DNA from: Candidatus Iainarchaeum sp.
GTDB lineage: Archaea; Iainarchaeota; Iainarchaeia; Iainarchaeales; CSSED10-239
DNA: 8,215 nucleotides
Assembly: GCA_028700905.1 (NCBI GenBank)
Contig: JAQVRT010000033.1
Location: 1-8,215, forward strand
Reading direction: 5' to 3'
The notes under the pieces are model-generated. The model did not search any database. It was not told the DNA's origin and was given only the letters and a program-made list of their open reading frames with translations. Both the position numbers and the translations under genes were made by a program. This document shows, piece after piece, positions 1 through 6,311 of this stretch (within the stretch, counting starts at the first letter, position 1; the number at the start of each line of letters is the position of its first letter).

Positions 1-1
1 A

Positions 2-49
2 CAAGATATTAATCCAGATGATATTTTAAAAGGAGATTTTTCATTTTAA
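2..49 (+). CDS. srp54: 3' end of an SRP54 reading frame entering from upstream; closed by an in-frame TAA at 47-49
   Basis: Frame 2 translates as QDINPDDILKGDFSF*. It continues in the same frame into LFKKQISAAKKLGPFNKIISMLGIGG. Together these are colinear with the start of the SRP54 M domain (the G-x-F-T-L-N-E/D-L/F...Q-L...MG...ILSMIPG pattern). The TAA sits at the variable N/R/E position of that motif. Confidence 0.5.
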   Translation, partial: QDINPDDILKGDFSF

Positions 50-109
50 CTTTTTAAAAAACAAATTTCAGCTGCTAAAAAATTAGGTCCTTTTAATAAG
101 ATTATTAGT

Positions 110-475
110 ATGCTTGGAATTGGTGGTAATATTTCAAAAGATCAAATGAATTTAGGTCAAGAAAAAATGAAAAAATATAAAGTTATGCTTGATTCTTTTA
201 CAAAAAAAGAACTTTATTTTGAACCTCAAGAAATAAATAAAAGTAGGATTAAAAGAATTTCAAATGGTTCTGGAACAAAAGAAGAAGAAGTAAAAGAACT
301 TGTATCACATGTTAAAAAAATGAAAAAAATGTTTAAACAATTTTCATCTAGAGGTGGAGGTTCTGCTGGAATGATGAAAAAGATGTTTGGTGGAAAAATG
401 CCTGACATGTCAAAATTTAATGACATGGATCCTAAACAAATGGAAGATATGGCAAAGCAGTTTAAACTAAAATAA
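110..475 (+). CDS. srp54: Signal recognition particle protein SRP54, C-terminal M-domain portion (the ORF as callable from the first ATG)
   Basis: The ORF track protein has EKMKKYKVMLDSFTKKE...SRIKRISNGSGTKEEEVKELV followed by a Met/Gly/Lys-rich tail. This is typical of the archaeal/eukaryal-type SRP54 M domain. It is in the same frame as the upstream fragment 2-49. TAA stop at 473-475. Confidence 0.8.
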   Translation: MLGIGGNISKDQMNLGQEKMKKYKVMLDSFTKKELYFEPQEINKSRIKRISNGSGTKEEEVKELVSHVKKMKKMFKQFSSRGGGSAGMMKKMFGGKMPDMSKFNDMDPKQMEDMAKQFKLK

Positions 476-494
476 AAAGGATTTGTGTATTTTA

Positions 495-1346
495 ATGATT
501 GAAATAATTTTATTTATTAAACTTTTTATAATATTAATTGCAACAGGTATAGGTGCTTGGACAGATTGTAAAACTGGTTATATCTATAACTGGATCACTT
601 TTCCTTTAATTATCTTAGGTTTATTATTATTAATTTTAGAATCTTTTATTTTATTTAATCTTGGTTGGTTTTATTTTCTTAAAGTGTTTATAATTGGTTC
701 ATTAATATATGGTATTGGTTATTTATTTTATTATTTTGGAAAATTAGGAGGAGGAGATGTAAAATTATTTTTAGGAATTCATCTTTTAGTTCCTTATGTA
801 AATGGACAACTTTTAATTTTATGGGTTTTAATTTTATCTTCTCTATTATCTGTTTTAATTGTTTCAATTAAATATTTATTTATTCTTTTTAAAAAAATAA
901 CATTTACTGAATTTAAAAAAATTATAAAAACAAGAACCTCTAAAATGATTATTTATTTATTAATGTTTATTTTCTTTGTTTTTCTCTTATATTCTGCAAT
1001 CTATAATGTTGGTTTTTCAAAATATTATTTCTTTTTATTAATTCCTATATTTATTGGTCTTTTAACAGTTTTATTTGAAGAAGAAATTAAGAAATATATT
1101 TATCTTAAAAGAAAAGCTTTAAGGAAAATAGAAGAAGGAGATGTTTTAGCTATTGAGTTTTTATCAAAAGAACTTCTTAATAAACTTAATATGGGAAATA
1201 GACAAGTTATTGAAGAAAAAGATTTATTGATTATTAAAAACTTAGATGTTAAATCTTTACCTATATATGATAATCTTCCAAGATTTGGGCCTTATATACT
1301 TTTAGGTTTTATTTTTGCAGTATTATATTTATTTTTCTTATTTTAA
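495..1346 (+). CDS. A24-family aspartic membrane peptidase (archaeal preflagellin/prepilin peptidase, FlaK/PibD/EppA-like)
   Basis: Polytopic hydrophobic protein with the two family aspartate motifs: AWTDCKTGYIYN in the first TM region and GGGDVKLF. The track starts at TTG 483. The ATG at 495 lies about 13 nt after an AAGGA (477-481) and is the more likely start. TAA stop at 1344-1346. Confidence 0.75.
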   Translation: MIEIILFIKLFIILIATGIGAWTDCKTGYIYNWITFPLIILGLLLLILESFILFNLGWFYFLKVFIIGSLIYGIGYLFYYFGKLGGGDVKLFLGIHLLVPYVNGQLLILWVLILSSLLSVLIVSIKYLFILFKKITFTEFKKIIKTRTSKMIIYLLMFIFFVFLLYSAIYNVGFSKYYFFLLIPIFIGLLTVLFEEEIKKYIYLKRKALRKIEEGDVLAIEFLSKELLNKLNMGNRQVIEEKDLLIIKNLDVKSLPIYDNLPRFGPYILLGFIFAVLYLFFLF

Positions 1347-1377
1347 GGAATAATTAAAAAAAGGTTACTTGAAAAAT

Positions 1378-2565
1378 ATGTATTTTAATCTTCATTCTGG
1401 AAAAAAGATTTTTATTCAAAATAAATCTTTTCAATTTATTTTTGTAGTTTTTTTAATTAGTTTAGGACTTGGTATATTTGATGCTATTTTTTCATTATAT
1501 TTAGAAAATATTTTAAAAGATCCTTCTCTTGTTGGTTTTGTAAGTGCAATCATTACAATGATTATGTTTTTTACATATCTTTTCTTAACACAAATGTATT
1601 CTAAATATCCAGTAACTCATGTTTGGCTTGTAAGTACTTTGCTTATGGGTTTTTGTTTATTTTTACTTTATTTTTTTTCACAGATTATAATCTTTACAAT
1701 ACTTATTGGTTTAGTTGTAATTTCTATGACTCTTCATTTTAATACTACAGCAATTATTTTAAGGCATTCCAGTACTTTAGAAAATATTGGTAAAATACAA
1801 GGCTATTATTATACTTTTAGAAATATTGGTTGGGTTATAGGTCCATTAATCTCAAGTTTTATTTTATATAAGTTTGGACTTTTAAATAATTTTCTTGCAA
1901 TTGGTTTTTTTATATTTTCTGGTTGGCTTTTATTTTTATATTATCAAATTAAAGCTTATGAAGAAAATAAACCTCAAACAATTAGTTTAAAGTCAATAAG
2001 ACAAAACATTGTTGATTATTTTAGAAATAAAGAATTATTTAAATTATATTTTCTAAGAGGAGCACTTTCTCTATATTGGTCTGTATTTTATATTTTCACT
2101 CCATTATATATTTTGTATAATGGACTTTCAATAAGTTTTGTTGGAATTTTTTTAGGAGTTGCAACAATTCCTGTTGTTATTATTGAATATTTTATTGCAA
2201 AGAAAATTGATGTTATTTTAAAGAGAGAATTATTTATTACAGGAAGCTTTTTAATTTCTTTATTTTTAGTTTTAGCATTTGTTTTTAATGGATATATTTA
2301 TTTAAGTTTAATTTTTATATTACTTTCAATAATTGGTGCTGGTTTTTTAGAACCAACTTGTGAAACTTATTTCTTTAATAATGTTAATCAGTTTATTGCA
2401 GATAGATATTATGGTGTTTATAGAACTTCAGATTCTTTATTTAGTTTAACTTCTAGACTTTTCTTTGGTTTTATTTTATTATTTTTAAAAATTAAGTTTA
2501 TATATTTGTTTACAGGTATATTCTTTATACTTATATATTTTATTTCAAAAAACATAAAAAATTAG
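1378..2565 (+). CDS. Multi-pass membrane transporter, MFS-like permease
   Basis: About 395 aa with roughly 10-12 hydrophobic segments in two halves separated by a charged central loop (YEENKPQTISLKSIRQNIVDYFRNKE). That layout fits an MFS fold. No signature motif was recognised with certainty. The track start is TTG 1369; ATG 1378 is preceded by AAGGT at 1361-1365. TAG stop. Confidence 0.55.
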   Translation: MYFNLHSGKKIFIQNKSFQFIFVVFLISLGLGIFDAIFSLYLENILKDPSLVGFVSAIITMIMFFTYLFLTQMYSKYPVTHVWLVSTLLMGFCLFLLYFFSQIIIFTILIGLVVISMTLHFNTTAIILRHSSTLENIGKIQGYYYTFRNIGWVIGPLISSFILYKFGLLNNFLAIGFFIFSGWLLFLYYQIKAYEENKPQTISLKSIRQNIVDYFRNKELFKLYFLRGALSLYWSVFYIFTPLYILYNGLSISFVGIFLGVATIPVVIIEYFIAKKIDVILKRELFITGSFLISLFLVLAFVFNGYIYLSLIFILLSIIGAGFLEPTCETYFFNNVNQFIADRYYGVYRTSDSLFSLTSRLFFGFILLFLKIKFIYLFTGIFFILIYFISKNIKN

Positions 2566-2574
2566 GTTTTAATT

Positions 2575-3684
2575 ATGAGTTTTACAATTACAAAAAAAGA
2601 TAAAAAAACAAATGCAAGAATTGGTGTTTTTAAAACTAGTCATGGAACCATAAAGACTCCTTTTTTCATGCCAGTTGTAACTAAAGGAATTGCAAAGTTT
2701 ATAACTTTAGATACTTTAGATGAAATTAAAACACAATGTTTTATTTCAAATTGTTATTTATTATATTTAAAACCAGGAAAAGAACTTTTAGAAAAAACAA
2801 AAGGTTATCATAATTTTATAAATTGGAAGAAATCTATTTTTACAGATTCTGGTGGGTTTCAACTTAAAAATCCAAGTTTTTTTATTTCAATGAATGATAA
2901 AGGAGTTTGGTTTAAATCTCCTTTTGATGGATCTAAACATTTTATGTCTCCTGAAAAAGTAATTGAGATGCAGAATGTTATTGGTTCTGATATTGCAATG
3001 ATATTAGATGATATGCAAGATGCTAATCTTTCAAGAGAGGCTTATGAAATTGCAACTGATAGAACTATAGCTTGGGCAAAAAGAGCTATCCTTGCACATA
3101 AAAATAAGAAGCAAATGCTTTTTGGAATAGTTCAAGGTGGAATCTATAAAGATTTAAGAGAAAAATGTGCAAAAGAAATAAATAAACTTCCATTTGATGG
3201 TCTTGCAATTGGTGGACTTGCTTTAGGTGAGCCTAAAGAATCCATGCATAAAGCAATTGATTATTCTTTAAAACATTTAGATGAAGAGAAAATAAAATAT
3301 TTAATGGGTTTAGGATCTCCAGAAGACATTATTGTTTCAATTGGTAAAGGAGTTGATTGTTTTGATTCTATATATCCTACAAAAATGGCAAGACATGGTT
3401 TTATTTTTACAAGAAAAGGTCCTATTCTTTTAAAGAAAGCAAAATATAAAGATGTTTTTGAGCCTATTGAAAAAGATTGTGATTGCCCTACTTGTAAAAG
3501 GCATACACTTGCATACCTTCATCATCTTTTAAGACTTGATGAGCCAGGTGTTAAGATTCTTTTATCTATTCATAATATTAGATTTTTACATAGGCTTTTA
3601 GAAGATTCTAGAAAAGAAATAGAAAAAGGAACTTTTGAGAGTTTTCAAAAGAAATTTTTAAAAGAATATAAAAAAAGAGATTAA
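2575..3684 (+). CDS. tgt: tRNA-guanine transglycosylase, catalytic domain only, bacterial/eukaryal Tgt-like architecture
   Basis: Colinear with Tgt over the full length. Motifs seen: TDSGGFQ, FGIVQGG, GLAIGGLALGE, YLMGLGSPED, GVDCFDSIYPTKMARHG (catalytic Asp region), and the zinc site CDCPTCKRHTLAYLHHL. At 369 aa it has no C-terminal PUA or ArcTGT-type domains. Confidence 0.9.
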   Translation: MSFTITKKDKKTNARIGVFKTSHGTIKTPFFMPVVTKGIAKFITLDTLDEIKTQCFISNCYLLYLKPGKELLEKTKGYHNFINWKKSIFTDSGGFQLKNPSFFISMNDKGVWFKSPFDGSKHFMSPEKVIEMQNVIGSDIAMILDDMQDANLSREAYEIATDRTIAWAKRAILAHKNKKQMLFGIVQGGIYKDLREKCAKEINKLPFDGLAIGGLALGEPKESMHKAIDYSLKHLDEEKIKYLMGLGSPEDIIVSIGKGVDCFDSIYPTKMARHGFIFTRKGPILLKKAKYKDVFEPIEKDCDCPTCKRHTLAYLHHLLRLDEPGVKILLSIHNIRFLHRLLEDSRKEIEKGTFESFQKKFLKEYKKRD

Positions 3685-3687
3685 AGA

Positions 3688-3712
3688 ATAGTTTTTAAAA
3701 AATAAAAACTAT
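3688..3712. terminator. Perfect 9-bp AT-rich hairpin between convergent genes (candidate bidirectional terminator)
   Basis: ATAGTTTTT (3688-3696) pairs with AAAAACTAT (3704-3712) around a 7-nt loop AAAAAAT. It has a T5 run on one strand and an A5 run on the other. It lies 4 nt after the tgt stop and overlaps the stop codon (3709-3711) of the - strand ORF. Confidence 0.4.
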
Positions 3713-4161
3713 CTTAAAAATAATTTTGCTATTTTATATTTAATAGATCTAAAAAAACCTTTAGTCTTAATCTCAAGTTCTTTTGTTTTAAAAGCTTGAT
3801 TAATTTCTGTCATTGGATCTTCTGCTTCTAAGATTCTATTTATTACTTCTTCTTTTCCTGTAATCCAGACATTTACGTTTTCAATATTTTCTTTTGTTAC
3901 TTTATATTCTTTATTTTCAAGTCTTTCAATAAAAATTTCTAAAGGTTCTTCAGTTGTTTGAATCTCAATTTTCATTTTATCATTTTTAATTGCATTTTGT
4001 GCAATTTTTGGTAATTGTTCAATGTTGTTTACAAAGTCTACTTTTACTTCGTCTATATTGTTATAATAATATCTAATATCTTTTGATTCTGCAAAAACCA
4101 TTGTGCTATTAAATATTAATAATCCTAAAGTTATTCCAAATAATATATTTTTATAGTTCAT
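3709..4161 (-). CDS. Hypothetical secreted or membrane-anchored protein (N-terminal signal/anchor)
   Basis: 150 aa. The N-terminus MNYKNILFGITLGLLIFNSTMVFA looks like a signal peptide, and the remainder is charged and soluble. The C-terminal stretch WITGKEEVINRILEAEDPMTEINQAFKTKELEIKTKG faintly resembles the SCP2-type motif. That resemblance is not enough to name a family. Confidence 0.6.
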   Translation of the reverse strand: MNYKNILFGITLGLLIFNSTMVFAESKDIRYYYNNIDEVKVDFVNNIEQLPKIAQNAIKNDKMKIEIQTTEEPLEIFIERLENKEYKVTKENIENVNVWITGKEEVINRILEAEDPMTEINQAFKTKELEIKTKGFFRSIKYKIAKLFLR

Positions 4162-4187
4162 AAAGTATTTAAAGCTTCAAAATATTT

Positions 4188-4856
4188 TTAAATAAGATTG
4201 TTTTCTTTAAATGAGAAATATTTTTGATTTGTAATTATTAAATGATCTAAAAAAGTTATCTCTAAAAGCTTGCAAGCTTCTTTTATTTTTGTCGTAGCTA
4301 TTTTATCTTCTCTTGAAGGATAACATTCTCCTGAAGGGTGATTGTGTGCTATGATTATTGCTTGAGCATTTTCTTTTAAAGCTTCTTTTAATATTTCTTT
4401 TTCAGAAACTAAGGTTTGATTATCTGTTCCAATAGTTATTATTTTTTTTGAAATAACTTCGTTTCCTTTTAGAAATAGTGTGATTAAATGTTCTTGTTCT
4501 TTATTTTCAATATCATGTCTTAATATTTCATATGCTGTTTTTGGAGAATAAATTTTTTCTGAAGTTTTTATATTTTTTATAGATATCCTTTTGTAAAGTT
4601 CTATGATTGCTTTTATTTGAGAGGCTTTTACAATACCAATACCTTTTATCTTAAGAAGTTGATTAATTGATATATTTTCAAGATCTTGAAAAGTATATTT
4701 TGAAAGAATCTGGTTTGATATATCTAAAACATTATATTCTTTTGTGCCTGTCTTTAGAATGATTGCTAGAAGTTCGCTATTTGATAGACTTTTTTCTCCA
4801 TCTCTTGAAAGTCTTTCAAGAGGTCTGTTTTCTGGTGCTATATCTTTTAATCTCAT
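4188..4856 (-). CDS. radC: RadC-like JAB-domain protein (UPF0758 family)
   Basis: N-terminus MRLKDIAPENRPLERL...LSNSELLAIILKTGT. It has an HhH-like LLKIKGIGIVKASQIKAIIEL and a JAB metal motif AHNHPSGECYPSREDKIAT...DHLII. The track ORF begins at 4889, but family members start at the internal Met (4856). The extra MERNIYFLFKK is probably not translated. Confidence 0.85.
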   Translation of the reverse strand: MRLKDIAPENRPLERLSRDGEKSLSNSELLAIILKTGTKEYNVLDISNQILSKYTFQDLENISINQLLKIKGIGIVKASQIKAIIELYKRISIKNIKTSEKIYSPKTAYEILRHDIENKEQEHLITLFLKGNEVISKKIITIGTDNQTLVSEKEILKEALKENAQAIIIAHNHPSGECYPSREDKIATTKIKEACKLLEITFLDHLIITNQKYFSFKENNLI

Positions 4857-4925
4857 TTTTTTAAAAAGAAAATAAATATTTCTCTCCACTAATAAATATA
4901 CTTAATCCTTTATTTAAGGGAGGGG

Positions 4926-4957
4926 AAAAAAAGGTCTTTCCATAAAAGAAAGTACCT
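4926..4957 (-). terminator. Stem-loop followed by a T7 run on the - strand (terminator-like), between repeat copy 1 and radC
   Basis: The - strand reads AGGTACTTTC-TTTTATG-GAAAGACCT then TTTTTTT CCCCTCCC. This gives a 9-bp stem with one bulged base (4932-4940 pairs with 4948-4957) and a 7-nt loop. The seven + strand A residues at 4926-4932 (4932 is also the first stem base) give the T run on the - strand; six T residues follow the stem and the seventh is its last paired base. Confidence 0.45.
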
Positions 4958-4999
4958 TTCTAATAGATGCATATTTCTAAATAATATATATCCTTTAAC

Positions 5000-5050
5000 A
5001 AATATATCTCTTTTCAAGCAGGGGGTAGCTGGCCGAGTAAATTAATTTAG
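5000..5050 (+). repeat. Direct repeat copy 1 (51 bp): AAATATATCTCTTTTCAAGCAGGGGGTAGCTGGCCGAGTAAATTAATTTAG
   Basis: Matches copy 2 at 50 of 51 positions and copy 3 at 41 of 42. It has a GC-rich core in an otherwise very AT-rich locus. Its right end overlaps the stop codon (5047-5049) of the - strand toxin-like ORF. Confidence 0.95.
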
Positions 5051-5373
5051 TATTTAAATCTCTTTTCATAACTTTTATGATTAAACCATTCTATAATAAT
5101 AGATATAATTTTAATTTGATCACTTTTAATTGTGTATACTAATCTCCATCCATTAAATAGATTATATTTCCAAAGGTTTGTAATTTTATATTTTTTAATA
5201 TATTCTTTTGACCATAATTTTTTTGAAATTTTAATTCCAGAAGTAGGATCTTTTTTAAGAGTTTCAATTGCTTTTAGAATATTTTTATACAAATCATGAT
5301 TTTCTTTAAGGTTTTCAAAATTAATTTCTAATTCTCTTGAAACAAATACAACATAATTTTCTTTATCAATCAT
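5047..5373 (-). CDS. RelE/ParE-superfamily-like toxin (type II TA toxin candidate)
   Basis: 108 aa. The C-terminal half NLWKYNLFNGWRLVYTIKSDQIKIISIIIEWFNHKSYEKRFKY has the RelE-like pattern: an aromatic-R-hydrophobic-Y strand, then a second hydrophobic strand, then a basic/His tail. Its start overlaps the upstream ORF's stop by 4 nt (ATGA at 5370-5373). Confidence 0.55.
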   Translation of the reverse strand: MIDKENYVVFVSRELEINFENLKENHDLYKNILKAIETLKKDPTSGIKISKKLWSKEYIKKYKITNLWKYNLFNGWRLVYTIKSDQIKIISIIIEWFNHKSYEKRFKY

Positions 5374-5639
5374 CTTAATTTAACACCTAAAGATAATATT
5401 TTTGAAATATTTTTTTTATCATATATCCAAATTACAATATTATCTTTATCAATAATAATCTTACTAGATTCTTCTAGATATTCAAGAATTATTTTGTATG
5501 TCTGATACATCATTTTTTTAGGTATTTTTTTCCATAATTGATAGATAGTATACTGAGAACTATATTTTTTAATAGCATTTTCAACCATTAAGATACTCTC
5601 AAGCTTTGGACTATGATATTTTATTTTTTCTTTAGGCAT
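5370..5639 (-). CDS. Small upstream partner of the toxin-like gene (putative antitoxin, possibly winged-helix-like)
   Basis: 89 aa counted from the internal Met (MPKEKIKYHSPKLESIL...). It is translationally coupled to the downstream ORF through the ATGA overlap. The track's longer version (to 5732) runs into repeat copy 2 and AT-rich promoter-like DNA, so it is probably an artefact. No family was recognised. Confidence 0.45.
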   Translation of the reverse strand: MPKEKIKYHSPKLESILMVENAIKKYSSQYTIYQLWKKIPKKMMYQTYKIILEYLEESSKIIIDKDNIVIWIYDKKNISKILSLGVKLR

Positions 5640-5714
5640 ATTATATAACTTTATATAAGTTAAATTTTTAAATATTTTTATTTGCCTAAAGTATATATTA
5701 ATATGTGTTTTAAA

Positions 5715-5765
5715 AAATATATCTCTTTTCAAGCAGGGGGTAGCTGGTCGAGTAAATTAATTTAG
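5715..5765 (+). repeat. Direct repeat copy 2 (51 bp), one C-to-T difference from copy 1 (GGTCGAG, T at 5748)
   Basis: AAATATATCTCTTTTCAAGCAGGGGGTAGCTGGTCGAGTAAATTAATTTAG. Its right end contains the stop codon (5757-5759) of the DUF1016 C-terminal reading frame. Confidence 0.95.
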
Positions 5766-6311
5766 AGCTTTTTTTAATTCTTTTTCATTTGGTAAAAATG
5801 TACTTAATTTTTTAGGAATTTTAGATAATTTGTATTCTGCTATTCCTAATGGATATTTATTATTTAATAAAGCATATTCTACTATTGTCTTATTCTTAGA
5901 TTTACATATTAATAATCCAATAGTTTCTTTATCTTCTTTTCTTTTAATATCTTTATTTATTATATTTATATAAAATCCTATTTGCCCAAGATATTCAGGT
6001 TTAAATTCAGTAATTTTTAATTCAATTACTATAAATCTTTTTAAAATATAATTATAAAATAATAAATCTATATAAAAATCTTTATTTCCAACATTAATTT
6101 TAAATTGTTTTCCAATAAATGCAAATCCTTTTCCTAATTCTATTAAAAATTTAGATATATTTGAAACAATAGATTCTTCTAATTCTTTTTCATTAAATTC
6201 TTCTTTTAAATTTAAAAAATCTAATATATAATTTTCTTTAAAATAATTTAAAATAAATTTTGAATCTTTTTTTGGAAGTGTGTTTAAAAAATTATTGTTT
6301 ATGTTTTTTTT
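5757..6311 (-). CDS. C-terminal PD-(D/E)XK nuclease domain of the DUF1016/YhcG-like gene, in the -1 frame relative to 6299-6763; no start codon of its own
   Basis: My hand translation of the - strand gives NINNNFLNTLPKKDSKFILNYFKENYILDFLNLKEEFNEKELEESIVSNISKFLIELGKGFAFIGKQFKINVGNKDFYIDLLFYNYILKRFIVIELKITEFKPEYLGQIGFYINIINKDIKRKEDKETIGLLICKSKNKTIVEYALLNNKYPLGIAEYKLSKIPKKLSTFLPNEKELKKALN*. It carries GKGFAF, the D...ELK catalytic motif and Q..FY. The frame is open for 198 codons (6353 to 5760) and has no in-frame ATG, GTG or TTG. Confidence 0.7.
   Translation of the reverse strand, partial: KKNINNNFLNTLPKKDSKFILNYFKENYILDFLNLKEEFNEKELEESIVSNISKFLIELGKGFAFIGKQFKINVGNKDFYIDLLFYNYILKRFIVIELKITEFKPEYLGQIGFYINIINKDIKRKEDKETIGLLICKSKNKTIVEYALLNNKYPLGIAEYKLSKIPKKLSTFLPNEKELKKALN

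Noticed and set aside
47-49. TAA reassigned to a sense codon (alternative genetic code)
   Set aside because: TAA closes the SRP54, peptidase, tgt, radC, toxin-like, DUF1016 and Cas4-like ORFs at family-typical lengths. TAG and TGA also terminate ORFs here, so the standard code fits.
226-426. 66-aa - strand ORF
   Set aside because: It lies entirely antisense within the well-supported SRP54 M-domain coding region. Its low-complexity Phe/Ile/Pro-rich translation is typical of the mirror frame of a Lys/Glu/Met-rich gene.
483-494. TTG starts proposed by the ORF track at 483 (peptidase), and likewise at 1369 (permease)
   Set aside because: In each case an ATG lies 3-4 codons downstream, at a better distance from a purine-rich AAGG(A/T) element. 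The TTG at 483 follows its AAGGA directly (1 nt after it). This is not decisive, so the alternatives are noted in the feature evidence.
4857-4889. N-terminal MERNIYFLFKK extension of the RadC ORF
   Set aside because: RadC family proteins begin at the M-x-[IL]-K-D-x-P-x-x-x-R-P motif, which here starts at the internal Met (4856).
5018-5040. The repeat core GCAGGGGGTAGCTGGCCGAGTAA as a tRNA 5' half, split-tRNA gene or tRNA-derived att site
   Set aside because: It looks superficially like an acceptor stem followed by the GGCCGAGT of a class II tRNA D loop. However, U8 and A14 do not fall in register, and no D-stem closing strand follows in any copy. No anticodon arm or T arm (GTTCRAAT) follows either. 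The reverse complement also fails as a tRNA 3' end.
5000-5050. Canonical integron attC site
   Set aside because: I could not find the R''/L''...L'/R' imperfect inverted-repeat architecture or conserved RYYYAAC/GTTRRRY ends shared by the copies. The only strong dyad is the terminal TAAATTAATTTA. No intI-like gene is present in the window. Only the cassette-like layout is retained as a hypothesis.
5640-5732. N-terminal 31 codons of the 120-aa track ORF (MKRDIFFKTHINIYFRQIKIFKNLTYIKLYN)
   Set aside because: This segment runs through repeat copy 2 and TATA-like AT-rich DNA and has non-protein-like composition. The internal Met at 5639 gives a compact partner ORF instead.
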